The notes beneath the pieces were generated by a model. The model was not told the DNA's origin. It saw nothing but the letters and a program-made list of their open reading frames with translations, and searched no databases. The position numbers were made by a program, and so were the translations under genes. Of a stretch of 64,000 nucleotides of DNA, positions 53,236-64,000 are shown in pieces. Position 1 is the first letter of the stretch. Each line of letters opens with the position of its first letter. Source of the stretch: Salpingoeca rosetta (taxonomy: Eukaryota > Protista > Choanoflagellata); NCBI GenBank assembly GCA_033442325.1, contig JAWQFM010000002.1, positions 1,853,629 through 1,917,628 of the forward strand, written 5' to 3'.

Positions 53236-53705
53236 CTGGCTCTCTTGTGCGTTTTGATGAATGACTTGCTTCTGTAGCTCGGAGGAATGTGGTGTGTAAC
53301 AACAAATCTTCAGCCATCATGCTCAGCTGTGTTTCAACTGCTGCGTTTATGTGAAAAGGAATCAGTAAACGAAGCTTGCATATTATGCACCATGACTTTG
53401 TGAGGTGAGGTGAGGCGGGTTGACCGATGCCAGCACCATTCAACACGCAAAACAAATGTGTGCCACTCGAGGCGGAAGCACTACAACTCCAAGCCAAGGC
53501 GACAAATTCAAGGGAAACACTGAACATAAGCATACAGGAAGACGCAACCCAAATGTACAAGCGTGGGGCTTGGCGGTAGTGTGCCAACAGAGTGTGGCAA
53601 GTGATGTGACGCGACTGGGGCTTGTGTGCCGTGCCACTGCGTGTTACATTCACCTTCACACATAATGTAACCATGTCCTGATGAAGGACAAGTCGTGCAT
53701 CAACG

Positions 53706-53752
53706 TATCCCATCCCATCCCATCCCATCCCATCCCATCCCATCCCATCCCA

Positions 53753-53753
<1 letters not shown>
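53706..53753 (+). repeat. (CATCC)n pentanucleotide repeat immediately after the EXOC4 stop codon
   Basis: About 9 tandem CATCC units. Confidence 0.9.
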
Positions 53754-62320
<8,567 letters not shown>

Positions 62321-62472
62321 GATGATGATGATGGTGGTGCTGTGTTCGTTGTTGTTGTTGGCTGGTTGGTGGTTACTGAAGTTTACCTGAAATTTTCCAC
62401 AAATCCTCCACAACCAACCAAGCACACACAGAACAGATTAGCTAAGTAAGATTTGTCCAATTTTCGGCAACC

Positions 62473-64000
62473 ATGCATCCTTTGCACCACGCTGGTTGTG
62501 GTCCTGCCGCGTGGGTGCGGTGGTGGCGGTGCAGCAGTGCTGGTCGGTTGCGCTGTGCAATCTCACCAGCAGTGACTGCGAGGCCAGGGTCAACCTCTTC
62601 AACTCCGAGCCAGGGTGGCAGGAATGGCACCACCAACGCCACAACCACGATCACCAACAACAGCGCCCATGACACGGAACCCTCGATTCTGCACCAGATT
62701 CGAGATGCTGCAGAACAACAGTGCGCAGTTGCCATGGACAGCGCGTACCAGCCGTTGCTCGGATGCAGTGACTATCCACCAGACATACTCCAGGAGGCCG
62801 ATCGGATGTATTGCGCATTCAAGGCCAAGTGTGCTGATGCTGAAGCCGTGCACGCAGTACTTTCGCATCGTGAGCAGCAGCAGCAACAACAACAACAACA
62901 ACAGCAGCAGCAGCAGCAACAACAACAACAGCAGCATCATCGAACCACCACCAAGAGTCGCGCGTACAACCACATCCCAAGGTTGCGCGAGTGCCTGATT
63001 TGGGCGCTTGCTCTCTCGGGAAGGCGGCACGAAGCGCTGACACAAGCGCGGTTGCTTGGCGTGAGAACGGGCAGCAAACCCACCGCCACGACCGCCAACA
63101 ACGATGATAGCAACAACGACAACGTCGCTGCCTCAACTTCCCGCACTTCAGCTGCCAGCCACCGCATGTCCGTGGATGGATACAACGCGCTCGTGTTTGC
63201 AACTGCCCGCTTCGGCAAAGACCCAAGGTGGTGGGTTCGTTCAATGAGCGCCGTAGGCCTGAAGCCTGATGCAGACACGTCCATCGCGGTGCTGTGCCGC
63301 TTGGTGGCGTTCGGCCAAACAAAAGACCTGTGCAAGAGGCTGTCGCCCGTGCTGCTTGAACTCAGGGAGGCAGAAGCAGCAGCGCACACAGCGTTGGCAG
63401 CACCAACGGCGATCCCAGCTGTGCGGAAAGCCTCCTGCGTCGCGGACCACGTGGTGCCATTGCTGCACTGCTGCTATGACCTGCGCGACGCACAACAAGC
63501 ACGGGCGATCGACACCTTGCTGCGCGTGCGGCTTGGACTCTCGCACACGTTTCTATCGGCACAGGCCACGCTTCGCGTTTTCGGCGTGTGTGGGCAGATT
63601 GCAGACGCAGAGCAGCTGATGCAGCACTTGCAGAGCACACCGGCATGGCACGACACGTTCAGCACGGCGCAGAAGCAGGCGTTGCATGAGGAGCGGCTGC
63701 GTGCCAAGTGCGTGATGGGCTTCCCTCTGGATGCCGAGCAGGACTTGGTGGCCGTGCTGTCAGAAGGCATTCCTGTCACGCAGCGCATGCTCCGGTTCAT
63801 CGCTGCGGGCTACACGGCGTGCCGGGATGTGGATGGCGTCAAATCCGTGTTCCGGCGCGTGGCGCGCGACATGGACCGCGTGCCGGTCGAGGACGAGACA
63901 GTCAACCAGATGATGACGAGCTTTGCCGTGCTGCGCCAGCCGGACGACTGCGAGAACATCCTGCAGGCCATGACGGAGCACGGATTTGTGCCAACGCACG
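62473..64000 (+). CDS. Pentatricopeptide-repeat (PPR)-like protein, 5' part (open to the window end)
   Basis: Uninterrupted frame from ATG 62473 to 64000, absent from the track because it has no stop. Degenerate PPR motifs: VDGYNALVFATARFG...MSAVGLKPDADT, VFGVCGQIADAEQLM, TVNQMMTSFAVLRQPDDCENILQAMTEHGFVPT. The N-terminus is Arg-rich and acid-free. Confidence 0.72.
   Translation, partial: MHPLHHAGCGPAAWVRWWRCSSAGRLRCAISPAVTARPGSTSSTPSQGGRNGTTNATTTITNNSAHDTEPSILHQIRDAAEQQCAVAMDSAYQPLLGCSDYPPDILQEADRMYCAFKAKCADAEAVHAVLSHREQQQQQQQQQQQQQQQQQQQQHHRTTTKSRAYNHIPRLRECLIWALALSGRRHEALTQARLLGVRTGSKPTATTANNDDSNNDNVAASTSRTSAASHRMSVDGYNALVFATARFGKDPRWWVRSMSAVGLKPDADTSIAVLCRLVAFGQTKDLCKRLSPVLLELREAEAAAHTALAAPTAIPAVRKASCVADHVVPLLHCCYDLRDAQQARAIDTLLRVRLGLSHTFLSAQATLRVFGVCGQIADAEQLMQHLQSTPAWHDTFSTAQKQALHEERLRAKCVMGFPLDAEQDLVAVLSEGIPVTQRMLRFIAAGYTACRDVDGVKSVFRRVARDMDRVPVEDETVNQMMTSFAVLRQPDDCENILQAMTEHGFVPTH

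Noticed and set aside
53674-53695. CTGATGA resembling a hammerhead ribozyme core or snoRNA C box
   Set aside because: It is only a short hairpin (TGTCCT-GATGA-AGGACA), with no following GAAA and no supporting stems or D box.

Overview
Eukaryotic, intron-rich genomic DNA with GT-AG introns packed with (CA)n/(GT)n microsatellites, GC-rich exons and two 100-N assembly gaps. This style, plus the gene content, points to a choanoflagellate such as Salpingoeca (inference). Ten protein-coding genes can be assembled by eye: (1) a very large secreted reelin-like protein on the minus strand (ATG 16708, running off the left edge) with about 7 reelin-type repeats and a C-terminal Cys-rich repeat stalk; (2) a kinase-less receptor L-domain/furin-like single-pass protein head-to-head with it; (3) an RNF115/126-like RING-H2 ligase; (4) phosphoglucomutase; (5) a giant lectin-type single-pass receptor (AbfB-like, 2x LamG, 3x SUEL lectin, ~25 Cys-rich repeats, TM, NPxY/YMDV tail); (6) CEP78; (7) XPA; (8) a PILS-like auxin-efflux-carrier family transporter; (9) EXOC4/Sec8; (10) an intronless PPR-like ORF running off the right edge. 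The most notable signals are the reelin-like protein (including the nested sub-repeat layout that I recall from the N-terminal irregular region of animal reelin), the two unusual receptors, and a ~390-bp compositionally foreign island in a reelin intron. Most short ORFs in the supplied track are microsatellite or antisense artefacts. Exon boundaries were read by eye, and all family assignments rest on motif recognition, not database searches.
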